Positions 9,217-18,889 of a DNA stretch of 64,000 nucleotides are shown in pieces. Each line of letters opens with the position of its first letter. Position 1 is the first letter of the stretch. The position numbers and the translations under genes were made by a program. This stretch comes from Megasphaera sp. UBA1696 (GTDB taxonomy: Bacteria > Bacillota > Negativicutes > Veillonellales > Megasphaeraceae). The notes under the pieces were generated by a model. It was not told where the DNA came from. It saw only the letters and a program-made list of their open reading frames with translations, and ran no database searches. Location of the stretch: NCBI GenBank assembly GCA_002319965.1, contig DCJQ01000017.1, positions 524 through 64,523 on the forward strand. The letters are read 5' to 3'.

Positions 9217-9927
9217 ATGGGAAAGGCGATGCGCCTCGATAAACTCCTGGGCCATACAGGCTGGGGGACGAGGAAGGAATTAAAAGACTTATGTAAGGGC
9301 GGGCAGGTAACGGTCAACGGCGACATCTGCCGCGACAGCGGCCGCAAGGTCGATCCGGAAGCGGACGTCGTCGCCGTCGGCGGAGAGATCGTATCTTATG
9401 AAGAATATATTTATCTCATGCTCTATAAGCCCGCCGGCGTCGTGTCGGCTACGGAGGACAACGTGTCGCAGACGGTCCTCGACCTCTTGCCGCGCCGGTA
9501 CCGGGGGAGCCGCTTGTTTCCCGTCGGCCGGTTGGATAAAGATACGACGGGCCTTTTGTTTTTGACCAATGACGGGACCTGGGCTCACGGCATTACGTCG
9601 CCGAAAAAACATCAGCCAAAGCGTTATGAAGCCGTCGTCGAAGGCGCTATCCCCGCCGATATAGGGGAACGCTTCGCCGCCGGCATCGTCCTTGCGGACG
9701 GTCTCCACTGCCTGCCGGCAGAAGCGCGGCAGACCGGCAATCATACGATTGCCGTCGTCGTCGAAGAGGGGAAATTCCACCAGGTAAAACGCATGTGTGC
9801 TGCCGTAGGGCTTACGGTGACGGGACTCCATCGCCGGTCTATCGGTCCGGTCTTTCTCGATGAAGGGCTGAAGCCCGGCGAGTTTCGCCCTTTAACGGAG
9901 GACGAACGAAATAGCTTATCGTTATAA
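9217..9927 (+). CDS. rsuA: 16S rRNA pseudouridine synthase RsuA family
   Basis: S4 domain RLDKLL, GRLDKDTTGL, EGKFHQVKRM. Confidence 0.9.
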   Translation: MGKAMRLDKLLGHTGWGTRKELKDLCKGGQVTVNGDICRDSGRKVDPEADVVAVGGEIVSYEEYIYLMLYKPAGVVSATEDNVSQTVLDLLPRRYRGSRLFPVGRLDKDTTGLLFLTNDGTWAHGITSPKKHQPKRYEAVVEGAIPADIGERFAAGIVLADGLHCLPAEARQTGNHTIAVVVEEGKFHQVKRMCAAVGLTVTGLHRRSIGPVFLDEGLKPGEFRPLTEDERNSLSL

Positions 9928-10016
9928 CAAGGAATATATCCTTTTGATTTTTTCCTTTTCAGGCAAGATAAAATATGGTATTATAAAATATGATTGAATT
10001 AATATAAGGTGATAGT

Positions 10017-11084
10017 ATGATAGAACAACGAATTGCCGATTTGCGTGCCTTCCTCGAAGCATACGATGCGGATGGCGCCATTATCGTTCAGCCCGAAAAC
10101 CTGCGTTACTTCAGCGGTTTTACCGGCGGCGAGGGGGCTTTGGTCATCGGCCTCGATAAGGCCGTGCTGTGGACCGATTCCCGGTATACGGAACAGGCCG
10201 TACAGCAGTCGGGCTCGTGGTATGACATCGAAAATCATCAAGGGGCCTTGGCCCGCTCCATACGCCAATCCCTGACGGAGATGGAAATCGGTGTTGCGGC
10301 CTACGAAGAAAATTTTCTGACCCATTATTTATATGAAGCCATTGCCGACGGGGCTCTCTGCGGCTTCCTGCCCTGCGATCTGACCCATCTTCGGGCCGTC
10401 AAAGAATCGTATGAACTGGAAGCGACGCGCAAAGCCAGTCAGATTGCTGACCAGGCCTTTTCGGACCTCCTGCCTTACATCAAGCCGGGGGTTACGGAAC
10501 AGGAAATGGCAGCCAGACTTGAAAGCAATATGCTCCTTCTCGGGTCTGAAGAAAAATCTTTTACGACGATTGTCGCTTCCGGCAAGCGCTCGGCCATGCC
10601 TCATGGTACAGCCAGCCCCAAGGTCATTGAAAAGGGCGATTTCGTTACCTTTGATTTCGGTGCCGTCTGGGATGGGTATCATTCCGACATTACCCGAACC
10701 GTCGTTGTCGGCAAGGCGACACAGGCCCAAAAGGATTTCTATAATCTCATCTTAGAAGGGCAGAAGATGGGCGTATCCCTGGTAAAAGCCGGAAGTTCAT
10801 GCCGGGCCATCGATTATGCCGTGCGCAATTATTTTGCCCGCTATCACGTCAGTCAGTATTTTACGCATTCCCTGGGACATGGGACGGGGCTTGAAATTCA
10901 TGAACAGCCGGTGCTGTCACCCCGTTCGACCGGTGTCTTACAAGAGAATATGATAGTCACGGTCGAACCGGGACTGTACATAGAAGGCAAGTTTGGCGTC
11001 CGCATTGAGGATTCCGTTGCCGTAACAGCCGACGGCTGTGAAATTTTAACCAAAACACCCAAAGAATTGATGGAGCTGTTATAG
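10017..11084 (+). CDS. Xaa-Pro dipeptidase/aminopeptidase (M24B)
   Basis: [44 protein letters not shown]. Confidence 0.93.
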   Translation: MIEQRIADLRAFLEAYDADGAIIVQPENLRYFSGFTGGEGALVIGLDKAVLWTDSRYTEQAVQQSGSWYDIENHQGALARSIRQSLTEMEIGVAAYEENFLTHYLYEAIADGALCGFLPCDLTHLRAVKESYELEATRKASQIADQAFSDLLPYIKPGVTEQEMAARLESNMLLLGSEEKSFTTIVASGKRSAMPHGTASPKVIEKGDFVTFDFGAVWDGYHSDITRTVVVGKATQAQKDFYNLILEGQKMGVSLVKAGSSCRAIDYAVRNYFARYHVSQYFTHSLGHGTGLEIHEQPVLSPRSTGVLQENMIVTVEPGLYIEGKFGVRIEDSVAVTADGCEILTKTPKELMELL

Positions 11085-11097
11085 GAGGAGTTTAGAC

Positions 11098-11655
11098 ATG
11101 ATTACAAGTAATGATTTCAGACCAGGCGTAACGATTGAAATCGACGGCCAGGTATGGCAGGTTGTTGAATTTCAGCATGTAAAACCGGGTAAGGGCGCTG
11201 CCTTCGTACGCGCTAAGATTAAAAACCTCGAAACCGGTGCCGTTATCGAACGCACATGGAATGCCGGCGAAAAGGTTCAGGACGGCCACGTCGACCGCCG
11301 CCAGATGCAGTACCTTTATGAAAATGAAGGCATGTACTGTTTCATGGATAACGAAACGTATGAACAGATTGAATTGAACAAAGACGCATTGGGTGATGCA
11401 GCCAACTTCCTCAAAGAAGAAATGAATGTATCGGTCATGATGTTCAAAGGCAAAGTCATCGGCATCGATCTGCCGGCTTCCGTTGAACTCAAAGTTATCG
11501 AAACCGACCCCGGCGTCCGTGGTGATACAGCTACCGGCGGCAGCAAACCGGCCACGCTTGAAACGGGTTATGTCGTCAAAGTACCGCTCTTTATCAATGA
11601 AGGCGAAGTTCTCCAAATCGATACGAGAACCGGCCAGTATATCGGCAGAGCTTAA
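11098..11655 (+). CDS. efp: Elongation factor P
   Basis: [33 protein letters not shown]. Confidence 0.98.
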   Translation: MITSNDFRPGVTIEIDGQVWQVVEFQHVKPGKGAAFVRAKIKNLETGAVIERTWNAGEKVQDGHVDRRQMQYLYENEGMYCFMDNETYEQIELNKDALGDAANFLKEEMNVSVMMFKGKVIGIDLPASVELKVIETDPGVRGDTATGGSKPATLETGYVVKVPLFINEGEVLQIDTRTGQYIGRA

Positions 11656-11696
11656 GGTTAACGGATTACCGTGTTAGCCGCTAGCATAGGGTATTC

Positions 11697-11730
11697 AAGG
11701 GGCTTCGCGCGTGCGACAGCCCCTTTTTTT
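11697..11730 (+). terminator. Terminator after efp
   Basis: GGGGCT..TCGC/GCGA..AGCCCC followed by T7. Confidence 0.7.
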
Positions 11731-11750
11731 GGATGAAAGAGGTGATGTCC

Positions 11751-12119
11751 ATGGAAACGACGGAAGTCAATGAATGGGGGAGTATTCACATTTCCCAACA
11801 AGTCATTGCCGCCATTGCTTCGCTGACGGCGGCCAAGGTTCCGTCAGTCGCTGCGTTGGGAACGAATATTGCCGATGCGGCGGCTGAAAAACTGGGCCGG
11901 ACACGGCCTAATCACGGTGTCGATGTCTCCATTGACGGAAAGACGATTGAGCTGACGGTCCGGCTGCTCATCCGCTATGGCTGCCGCATCCCTGACGTTG
12001 CTTTGGAAGTCCAAAAGACGGTTAAAGACGCTGTTGAAAAAGCGACGGCCTGCCCCGTTGCGGCCGTTCACATCATCGTCCAGCAAGTGGTTTTTGAGGA
12101 GGCCGGTCAAGATGGATGA
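11751..12119 (+). CDS. Asp23/Gls24 family protein (YqhY-like)
   Basis: GSIHISQQVIAAIA, YGCRIPDVALEVQ; canonical efp-yqhY-nusB order. Confidence 0.88.
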   Translation: METTEVNEWGSIHISQQVIAAIASLTAAKVPSVAALGTNIADAAAEKLGRTRPNHGVDVSIDGKTIELTVRLLIRYGCRIPDVALEVQKTVKDAVEKATACPVAAVHIIVQQVVFEEAGQDG

Positions 12120-12408
12120 GAATCAGGATTTTGCTTATGCCGTCAGTGATAAGGCCTTGCGCAACATTGCTGAAACAGCGGCCAAGGATATCGAAGGTGT
12201 CGGGGCCGTTACAAAGTGCAGTGTTTCCGTAAAAGACGGCAGCGTCGCCCTTCGCTTGGGCATTCGTGCTGTCTATGGCGTTAACCTGCATGAGTTGGCC
12301 CTCACTATCCAAAAGCGTGCCGCCGGGGCTGTGCAGGATATGGCCGCCCCCAAGGGCCTTGATATTTCCGTTACTATAGAAGATTTGGTACTGCCGCCGG
12401 CAGATTAG
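12112..12408 (+). CDS. Second Asp23/Gls24 family protein
   Basis: VSDKALRNIA, YGVNLHELALTIQ; overlaps the previous gene. Confidence 0.75.
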   Translation: MDENQDFAYAVSDKALRNIAETAAKDIEGVGAVTKCSVSVKDGSVALRLGIRAVYGVNLHELALTIQKRAAGAVQDMAAPKGLDISVTIEDLVLPPAD

Positions 12409-12428
12409 TTACCAACAGGAGGTTTTTT

Positions 12429-12875
12429 GTGAGCAGACATAAAGCGCGCCAAGAGGCGCTCGAACTCTTATATTCCCGTGAATTTCACGAAGAAAACGAC
12501 ATTCAGTACCACGAACATGAAATCATGGAAAGCGATTTCATCACGACGGATATGCTGACTGAAGACGGTCCGGAACTCAGCGAATCGGAACGGCATACGT
12601 ACAGCCAGTACCTCGTCGAAACGACGACGGCCCATCGCGCTGAATTGGACGACATCATCCGTCCCTTCGTCAAAGGCTGGGAAATTGAACGGATGAACCG
12701 CATCGACCGCAATATTTTGCGCCTGGCCCTGTGCGAACTGGTCTACCCGAAAGAACCGTTGGCACCGTCCATCGTACTCAATGAAGCCATTATCCTGGCC
12801 AAGGAATTCAGCGGCGATAAGTCGGCGAAATTCGTCAACGGCATCCTCGGCGCTTACGTAAGGTCGAAAGACTGA
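12429..12875 (+). CDS. nusB: Transcription antitermination factor NusB
   Basis: SRHKARQEAL, IDRNILRLA, NEAIILAKEF, KFVNGILG. Confidence 0.96.
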   Translation: MSRHKARQEALELLYSREFHEENDIQYHEHEIMESDFITTDMLTEDGPELSESERHTYSQYLVETTTAHRAELDDIIRPFVKGWEIERMNRIDRNILRLALCELVYPKEPLAPSIVLNEAIILAKEFSGDKSAKFVNGILGAYVRSKD

Positions 12876-13825
12876 TGGATACCTATCTCGGCATCGATAC
12901 CAGCTGCTATACGACGTCCCTGTGCCTGGTCGACGAAACCTATGAGGTCGCCGCCGATGAACGGATCATCCTGACCGTTCCCAAAGGAGGCCGCGGCCTG
13001 TCCCAGTCGAACATGGTCTATCAGCATACGCGCAACCTGCCGGTTCTCTTTGAACGGGCGGCAGCGGTACTAAGGGCACGCCAAGTTCGGGCCATTGCCG
13101 TGACCGACCAGCCACGGCGCCGGGACGACTCGTATATGCCGGCTTTTTTGGCAGGCCTCGGCTATGCTCGGGCTCTCTCGGCCGTCTTACAGGTACCCTT
13201 ATATCGCTTGAGTCATCAGGAAAATCATTTGCTGGCTGTCCTTCGCAGTTTGGGGAAAATCGAGAAAGAGCCTTTTTATGGCATTCATCTTTCCGGCGGC
13301 ACGACGGAGCTCGTCCGGGCCGTTGCCGACGATAAGGGCCTTGACATCACCCGCATCGGCGGTACGAGTGACATCAGTGCCGGCCAGTTCATCGACCGCA
13401 TGGGCGTCGCCATGAACCTGCCATTTCCGGCTGGTGTCCACGTCGATAAGATGGCACAGTCATTTTCGGGAACCCTCAAAGGAGCCTCGGTCTTTTTCAA
13501 AGACGGTGAAGTCAGTTTTTCCGGTCCCGAATCACAGGGCCAGCGGTTTTTAAAGGAAGGGGACGCCGATATACCTCGACTCTGCCGCTGGACGCTGGCT
13601 ACGGTTTGGCGAGGTCTTCGTCGCCTCCTCGATTATGCCGTCTCTGACGGCATGACTCACCTCGTCGCGGCCGGCGGTGTCATGTCGAACACCTATCTGC
13701 GCCAAGAACTCGGTACATACTGCCAAACGAAGCACATCCGACTCGACCTTGCCGAGGACGGATTCAGTGCCGATAATGCTTCGGGAGCTGCTTTTTGGGC
13801 AGCCCTACAGGAAGGGAAGAAATGA
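12875..13825 (+). CDS. TsaD/Kae1-like ASKHA protein (divergent paralog)
   Basis: LGIDTSCYTTS, HQENH, HLSGGTTE, DISAGQFIDR, GGVMSN, DNA motifs. Confidence 0.8.
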   Translation: MDTYLGIDTSCYTTSLCLVDETYEVAADERIILTVPKGGRGLSQSNMVYQHTRNLPVLFERAAAVLRARQVRAIAVTDQPRRRDDSYMPAFLAGLGYARALSAVLQVPLYRLSHQENHLLAVLRSLGKIEKEPFYGIHLSGGTTELVRAVADDKGLDITRIGGTSDISAGQFIDRMGVAMNLPFPAGVHVDKMAQSFSGTLKGASVFFKDGEVSFSGPESQGQRFLKEGDADIPRLCRWTLATVWRGLRRLLDYAVSDGMTHLVAAGGVMSNTYLRQELGTYCQTKHIRLDLAEDGFSADNASGAAFWAALQEGKK

Positions 13826-15036
13826 TGAAATACGCATCGGTTACGGACGTCGTTCGCCGTATTAAAGAGGATATACACAAGGATTACCGACTGCAGAGCA
13901 TCGCCATGGAAGGCAACGTCATCGGTTTGAAGCAGGCCTCTAACGGCCATTATTATATGAATATCCGCGATGAAGAGTGCTCGCTCCGGGCTATCGTATT
14001 TCGCAGTCGGGTTACGGCTGCCGTAAGGGCCCTGCGCGAAGGCGATCACGTCGTCGTCATCGGCGCCGTCAACGTCTATGAAAAGGGCGGCGCCCTGTCT
14101 TTTATCATCGAACAGCTCTTTTCCCAGGGAACGGGATCCCTCCAGGCCCAGTACGAAAAAATCAAGAAAGAACTGGAAGCTAAAGGCTATTTCGACAGTT
14201 CCCATAAAAAAGAACTGCCTCGCTTTCCCTGGCGCATCGGTGTCCTGACTTCGGCGACGGGTGCTGTTCTCCATGATATCCGCCGCATAGCCGGAGAAAG
14301 AAATCCCTTTGCCGACATCGTCCTTCGGCCCATCCCCGTCCAAGGCGAAGGCGTCGATAAAACCATTGCCGCCGCCATCGATGAGATGGGCAAGCGAAAA
14401 GACTTAGACATTCTCATCGTCGGCCGCGGCGGCGGATCCATGGAAGACCTGTGGTGTTTCAATAGTCCCGAAGTCGTAAAGGCCATCTATGGGGCTACGG
14501 TTCCGGTTATTACGGCCATCGGTCATGAAACGGATACGACCTTGGCCGATTATGCCGCCGACGTACGGGCGGCGACACCGACTCATGCGGCAGAACTGGC
14601 TTTTTTCGATTTTGATGAAGCCCAGCTCGACTTAGCCGCCTTGGCAGAACGGGCCTATGAAATCCTCATTCGGCGTATCGATAGTGAGAAGCGCCGCGTC
14701 GATGCCGCAGCCGGTCGGCTTAACCTGCCACACTATGAACGCTTTTTAGAAATGAAAAAGGCTCAATTGGCCTTGCTCATGGAAGGTGCCGGTCATCAGT
14801 GGCAGCGGCAGCTCGAACAAGGACAGAGCCGGCTCTTGGCCTTAAAAGGCCGCCTTGACGGCCTGAATCCGGAAAACCTCGTGCGCCGCGGCTACGGCCA
14901 GCTCGTACAGGACGGAAACATCATTACCGGCATCGACAGCGTAGCCGCCGACAAACCCCTTGAAATACAGCTCGTCGACGGTACGATTGTGACAGACGTG
15001 AAAGAGGTGAAGCGATATGGCAAGAACGACGGATAA
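13822..15036 (+). CDS. xseA: Exodeoxyribonuclease VII large subunit
   Basis: OB fold with GHYY, TSATGAVLHDI, VQGE, RGGGSMEDLWCFN, GHETD, TPTHAAE. Confidence 0.96.
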   Translation: MMKYASVTDVVRRIKEDIHKDYRLQSIAMEGNVIGLKQASNGHYYMNIRDEECSLRAIVFRSRVTAAVRALREGDHVVVIGAVNVYEKGGALSFIIEQLFSQGTGSLQAQYEKIKKELEAKGYFDSSHKKELPRFPWRIGVLTSATGAVLHDIRRIAGERNPFADIVLRPIPVQGEGVDKTIAAAIDEMGKRKDLDILIVGRGGGSMEDLWCFNSPEVVKAIYGATVPVITAIGHETDTTLADYAADVRAATPTHAAELAFFDFDEAQLDLAALAERAYEILIRRIDSEKRRVDAAAGRLNLPHYERFLEMKKAQLALLMEGAGHQWQRQLEQGQSRLLALKGRLDGLNPENLVRRGYGQLVQDGNIITGIDSVAADKPLEIQLVDGTIVTDVKEVKRYGKNDG

Positions 15037-15259
15037 ACTGAAAAATTTTGAAAGCAATTACGAGAAACTGGAACAGCTCGTCCGCGACCTCGAAGCGCCG
15101 GATTTGACGCTGAAACAGTCCCTCGATTTATATGAAAAGGCCGTTAAGTTGTCCAAGGACTGTGAAGACGCCCTGGATTATGCCCGCCAGAAAGCAGCGG
15201 CTATGGTCGATAAAGGCGACGAAACGACTGATGTGGCAGAAGGAGTGCTGGACTTATGA
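15017..15259 (+). CDS. xseB: Exodeoxyribonuclease VII small subunit
   Basis: FE...LEQLVRDLE...L..SLDLYEKAVKL; position after xseA. Confidence 0.93.
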   Translation: MARTTDKLKNFESNYEKLEQLVRDLEAPDLTLKQSLDLYEKAVKLSKDCEDALDYARQKAAAMVDKGDETTDVAEGVLDL

Positions 15260-16140
15260 TGTTTAAAGACTATTTGAACGATAAAAAGAATCATATCGAA
15301 ACAGCCCTTAAACAGCTTCTTCAGACGAAGCAGCCCCAGTTTGGGACCTTGTATGAATCGATGAATTACAGCCTCATGGCCGGCGGCAAACGGATCCGTC
15401 CGGTTCTCATGTTGGCGACGATCGAAGCCTTGGGGCATGATGCGGCGCCTTATACGGAAATGGCCTGTGCCCTGGAATGTATCCATACCTATTCTTTGAT
15501 TCACGACGATTTGCCCTGCATGGATAACGATGATTTGCGCCGGGGCAAACCGACGAATCACGTTATGTACGGGCCGGGCATTGCCACTCTCGCCGGTGAC
15601 GGCCTCTTGACCTTTGCCTTTGAACTCCTGGCTCGTCAGAAGGATATTGATCCGGATAAGCTGAACCGCTGTATTGCCGTCATTGCCGAGGCAGCCGGTC
15701 CTTCCGGCATGGTCGGCGGTCAGGCCTTTGACCTGGCGTCGGATGGCAAGATGGAAATCGGCCGGGAAGGGATGGAACTCCTCCATCGTTCTAAGACGGG
15801 CGTCATCTTTAAAGCCGCCATCGATATGGCGGCCATCGTTTCCGAGGCCGAACCGGCCGTCCGAAAGGCCCTCGATGAATACGCGACCTATATGGGACTG
15901 ACCTTCCAGATTACCGATGATATCCTCGATGTCGTCGGCGATGAAGCCCTGTTAGGCAAACCCGTCGGCAGCGACCTTAAAAACGATAAGGCGACGTATG
16001 TCACCATCTTTTCCCTCGAAGAAGCGCGGCAAATGGCGCGCGATGCGGCTGATAAAGCCGTTATGGCCCTTGAACCCTTAGGGGACAAGGCCTGGTTCCT
16101 GAAGGAACTCGTCGAACACCTGCTGACCCGGGTCCATTAA
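15256..16140 (+). CDS. ispA: Geranyltranstransferase / polyprenyl synthetase
   Basis: GGKRIRP, SLIHDDLPCMDNDDLRRGKPT, FQITDDILD. Confidence 0.95.
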   Translation: MMFKDYLNDKKNHIETALKQLLQTKQPQFGTLYESMNYSLMAGGKRIRPVLMLATIEALGHDAAPYTEMACALECIHTYSLIHDDLPCMDNDDLRRGKPTNHVMYGPGIATLAGDGLLTFAFELLARQKDIDPDKLNRCIAVIAEAAGPSGMVGGQAFDLASDGKMEIGREGMELLHRSKTGVIFKAAIDMAAIVSEAEPAVRKALDEYATYMGLTFQITDDILDVVGDEALLGKPVGSDLKNDKATYVTIFSLEEARQMARDAADKAVMALEPLGDKAWFLKELVEHLLTRVH

Positions 16141-16161
16141 TGATAGGAGAGGTAAGATCGT

Positions 16162-16965
16162 ATGCAGCATAAAGAAAGACTGGACGTACTCCTCGTCAAC
16201 CGCGGCTTGTCTGAAAGTCGGGAAAAAGCCAAGGCTACCATCATGGCCGGCCTGGTTTTCGTTGACAATCAGCGCGTCGATAAGGCCGGTACTAAACTGT
16301 CCGACGACGTAGAGATCACCGTCAAAGGCAATCCCATTCCCTACGTCGGCCGCGGCGGCCTGAAATTAGAAAAAGCGATGGAACTATTTCCCATCGACCT
16401 TACGGGAAAGACGATGATGGATATCGGCGCCTCGACAGGCGGTTTTACGGACTGCGCCCTTCAGCGCGGTGCCGTGAAAGTCTTTGCCGTCGACGTCGGC
16501 TACGGTCAGTTGGCTTGGAAATTGCGGACCGATGATCGCGTTATCAATATGGAACGGACCAATATCCGCAACGTCACCGTCTCCGATATCGGCGAGCCGG
16601 TGGACTTCATTTCCATCGACGTCTCCTTTATTTCCCTCCTCAAAATCATGCCGGCCGTCGTGCCCCTTTTGGCACCGGGCGGCGTCATGGTATCCCTTAT
16701 AAAACCTCAGTTTGAAGCCGGGCGGGAACACGTCGGCAAGGGCGGTATCGTCCGTGATATCAACGTCCACCGTGACGTCATTCGCCGCGTCGTCGACGGC
16801 ATCGCCGAAAACGGACTGTCGCCGCTGGGGCTCACGTTTTCCCCGATAAAAGGGGCTGACGGCAATATCGAATATCTGTTGTACAGCCGTAAAGACGAAC
16901 CTTGTCACAACGATATCACCGATGATGTCGTCGAAGATATTGTCGGTAAATCTCATGAAATGTAG
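16162..16965 (+). CDS. tlyA: TlyA family rRNA 2'-O-methyltransferase
   Basis: S4 domain, GRGGLKL, DIGASTGGFTD, DVSFISL, KPQFE, SPIKGADGNIEY. Confidence 0.95.
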   Translation: MQHKERLDVLLVNRGLSESREKAKATIMAGLVFVDNQRVDKAGTKLSDDVEITVKGNPIPYVGRGGLKLEKAMELFPIDLTGKTMMDIGASTGGFTDCALQRGAVKVFAVDVGYGQLAWKLRTDDRVINMERTNIRNVTVSDIGEPVDFISIDVSFISLLKIMPAVVPLLAPGGVMVSLIKPQFEAGREHVGKGGIVRDINVHRDVIRRVVDGIAENGLSPLGLTFSPIKGADGNIEYLLYSRKDEPCHNDITDDVVEDIVGKSHEM

Positions 16966-16975
16966 GTGATTTCTC

Positions 16976-17848
16976 ATGCGTATCGGTATTTTTCCGAACC
17001 TTGTTAAACGCGAAAGCGCAGCGATCGTCAAAGAACTCATCCGGATTTGTGAAGCCCGGGGGCTCGAATACTACTTGCCGGCTTACGTCAGTGAGAGCTG
17101 TCAGCCGGCCTATCAGGAAATTGCAGCCGACCATTTCCGGCCGCGGATGACGATTTACGACACCATCGATATCGCCATGGTTCTCGGCGGTGATGGGACG
17201 ATTCTTAAGATGGCCAATAAATTTGCCTCGGCAGACGTTCCCATCTGCGGTATCAACCTCGGTTCCTTGGGGTTCCTCTATGAAGTAGAAACGCGGAACC
17301 TTGAACAGCGCCTGGACGACATCCTGGCCGGAAAATATTTCCTCGAAGAACGGATGATGCTCCATGCCGATCTGTGCTATGAAGACGGTATGATCCAGTC
17401 TCTTCCTGATGCCTTAAATGATATCGTCATCGGTCACGGCAACGTCGGCAAATTGATCCGTGTCGACCTCAGCATCAACGGTCATTTTATTCAGCAGTAT
17501 CCCGGTGACGGCCTCATTGTATCGACGGCGACGGGGAGCACGGGTTATACGTTTTCGAGCGGCGGCCCCATTGCAGCGCCGAGCGTGCCCTGCATCATGG
17601 TAACGCCAATCTGTCCGCATCTGCTCCTCAAAGTACCCTTGGTCCTGCGCGATGACGACCAGATTTCAGTCACGTCAGCCCACAGCCGCAACAGCGTCCG
17701 CGTCTCCGTCGACGGCGTGATGGATCAGGAATTGATGGGCAATATGACCCTTGAAATCCGAAAAGCCGACCATGTACTGAAACTGATTCGCTTTAATCAG
17801 AATTATTTTTACAGTAATTTATTTACCAAGATGATGGGAAATGATTAA
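16976..17848 (+). CDS. nadK: NAD kinase
   Basis: LGGDGT, GINLGSLGFL, ALND, DGLIVSTATGSTGY..SGGP. Confidence 0.95.
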   Translation: MRIGIFPNLVKRESAAIVKELIRICEARGLEYYLPAYVSESCQPAYQEIAADHFRPRMTIYDTIDIAMVLGGDGTILKMANKFASADVPICGINLGSLGFLYEVETRNLEQRLDDILAGKYFLEERMMLHADLCYEDGMIQSLPDALNDIVIGHGNVGKLIRVDLSINGHFIQQYPGDGLIVSTATGSTGYTFSSGGPIAAPSVPCIMVTPICPHLLLKVPLVLRDDDQISVTSAHSRNSVRVSVDGVMDQELMGNMTLEIRKADHVLKLIRFNQNYFYSNLFTKMMGND

Positions 17849-18455
17849 TATGTATCCATTCCGCAATGCCGTTACGGTATCGCACATGCTCCTCGATCCC
17901 TATGTCCGCCGGGCCGGAGTGATTGTCGATATGACCTGTGGGAACGGATATGATACGGTTTTTTTGGCAAAACTCATGCCGCCCGATGCCGTCCTTTATG
18001 CCTTTGATATACAGTCCTGTGCCATTGAACGGACGAAACAGCGGCTGATGGAAGAAAAGCTGACCGATCGCGATGTCCGCTGCCAGTGTGGTTCTCATGA
18101 CGAACTCTTGGAAACGGTCGCTGACGGTATCGATGTCATGGTATTCAATTTGGGCTATTTGCCGTCCGGAGACCATCGTATCCATACGGATTATGAAATA
18201 ACACTAAGGGCTCTAAAAATAGGCTTAAATAAAATTGCGATAAATGGGATAATTATAATAGCAGCTTATCCCGGTACTGAGGCCGGCGCTCAGGAAGAAA
18301 GAGCGCTGCAGTCATTTTTGAAGGACGTACCCCAAAGGGCCTTTCACGTCTCGTCGTGGAAACCCGTCAATGAGGTCCACTGTCCGCCCTTATTATATGT
18401 CGTACAGAAGAGAGGGAAAGGTCATTATGAAAAGATTTCGCTACACAAAGATTAA
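17841..18455 (+). CDS. Class I SAM-dependent RNA methyltransferase (YtqB/MnmM-like)
   Basis: DMTCGNGYDT, AFDIQ, FNLGYLPSGD, YPG. Confidence 0.85.
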   Translation: MINMYPFRNAVTVSHMLLDPYVRRAGVIVDMTCGNGYDTVFLAKLMPPDAVLYAFDIQSCAIERTKQRLMEEKLTDRDVRCQCGSHDELLETVADGIDVMVFNLGYLPSGDHRIHTDYEITLRALKIGLNKIAINGIIIIAAYPGTEAGAQEERALQSFLKDVPQRAFHVSSWKPVNEVHCPPLLYVVQKRGKGHYEKISLHKD

Positions 18456-18882
18456 AGAGATTGTCCAGTCCAGACCGATTGAAACACAGGAGGAATTAGC
18501 CAAGGCGCTGCAAGAAGAAGGCATTGAAGTCACCCAGGCGACGGTGTCCCGTGATATCAAAGAACTGATGCTGATCAAGGTCCCGACCAGTGACGGCCAT
18601 TATCGCTATGCTTTGTCGCCGGAACAGAACATGCTCATGTCCAAGAACCGCATGGCCCGTCTCTTCCAGGACTCCATCGTCCGCGTCGATTCGGCCTACA
18701 ATCAGATTATCGTCCACACCTTGCCGGGGTCGGCCAACCACATTGCCGCTGCTATGGACCATGCCCGCTGGGAAAACGTCATCGGTACCTTAGCCGGCGA
18801 CGACACGGTCCTGCTCATTGTGAAAGACACGGAAACAGTTCCTAAATTGATTAAATTGATCGTATCGTTGATGAAGGAATGA
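18427..18882 (+). CDS. argR: Arginine repressor
   Basis: TQEEL, TQATVSRDIKEL, TLPGSA, GTLAGDDT. Confidence 0.96.
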   Translation: MKRFRYTKIKEIVQSRPIETQEELAKALQEEGIEVTQATVSRDIKELMLIKVPTSDGHYRYALSPEQNMLMSKNRMARLFQDSIVRVDSAYNQIIVHTLPGSANHIAAAMDHARWENVIGTLAGDDTVLLIVKDTETVPKLIKLIVSLMKE

Positions 18883-18889
18883 GGTTCTT

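Noticed and set aside
16140-16162. Possible OLE RNA or dxs between ispA and tlyA, their usual site in Firmicutes
   Set aside because: The gap is only about 21 nt, so neither is present here.
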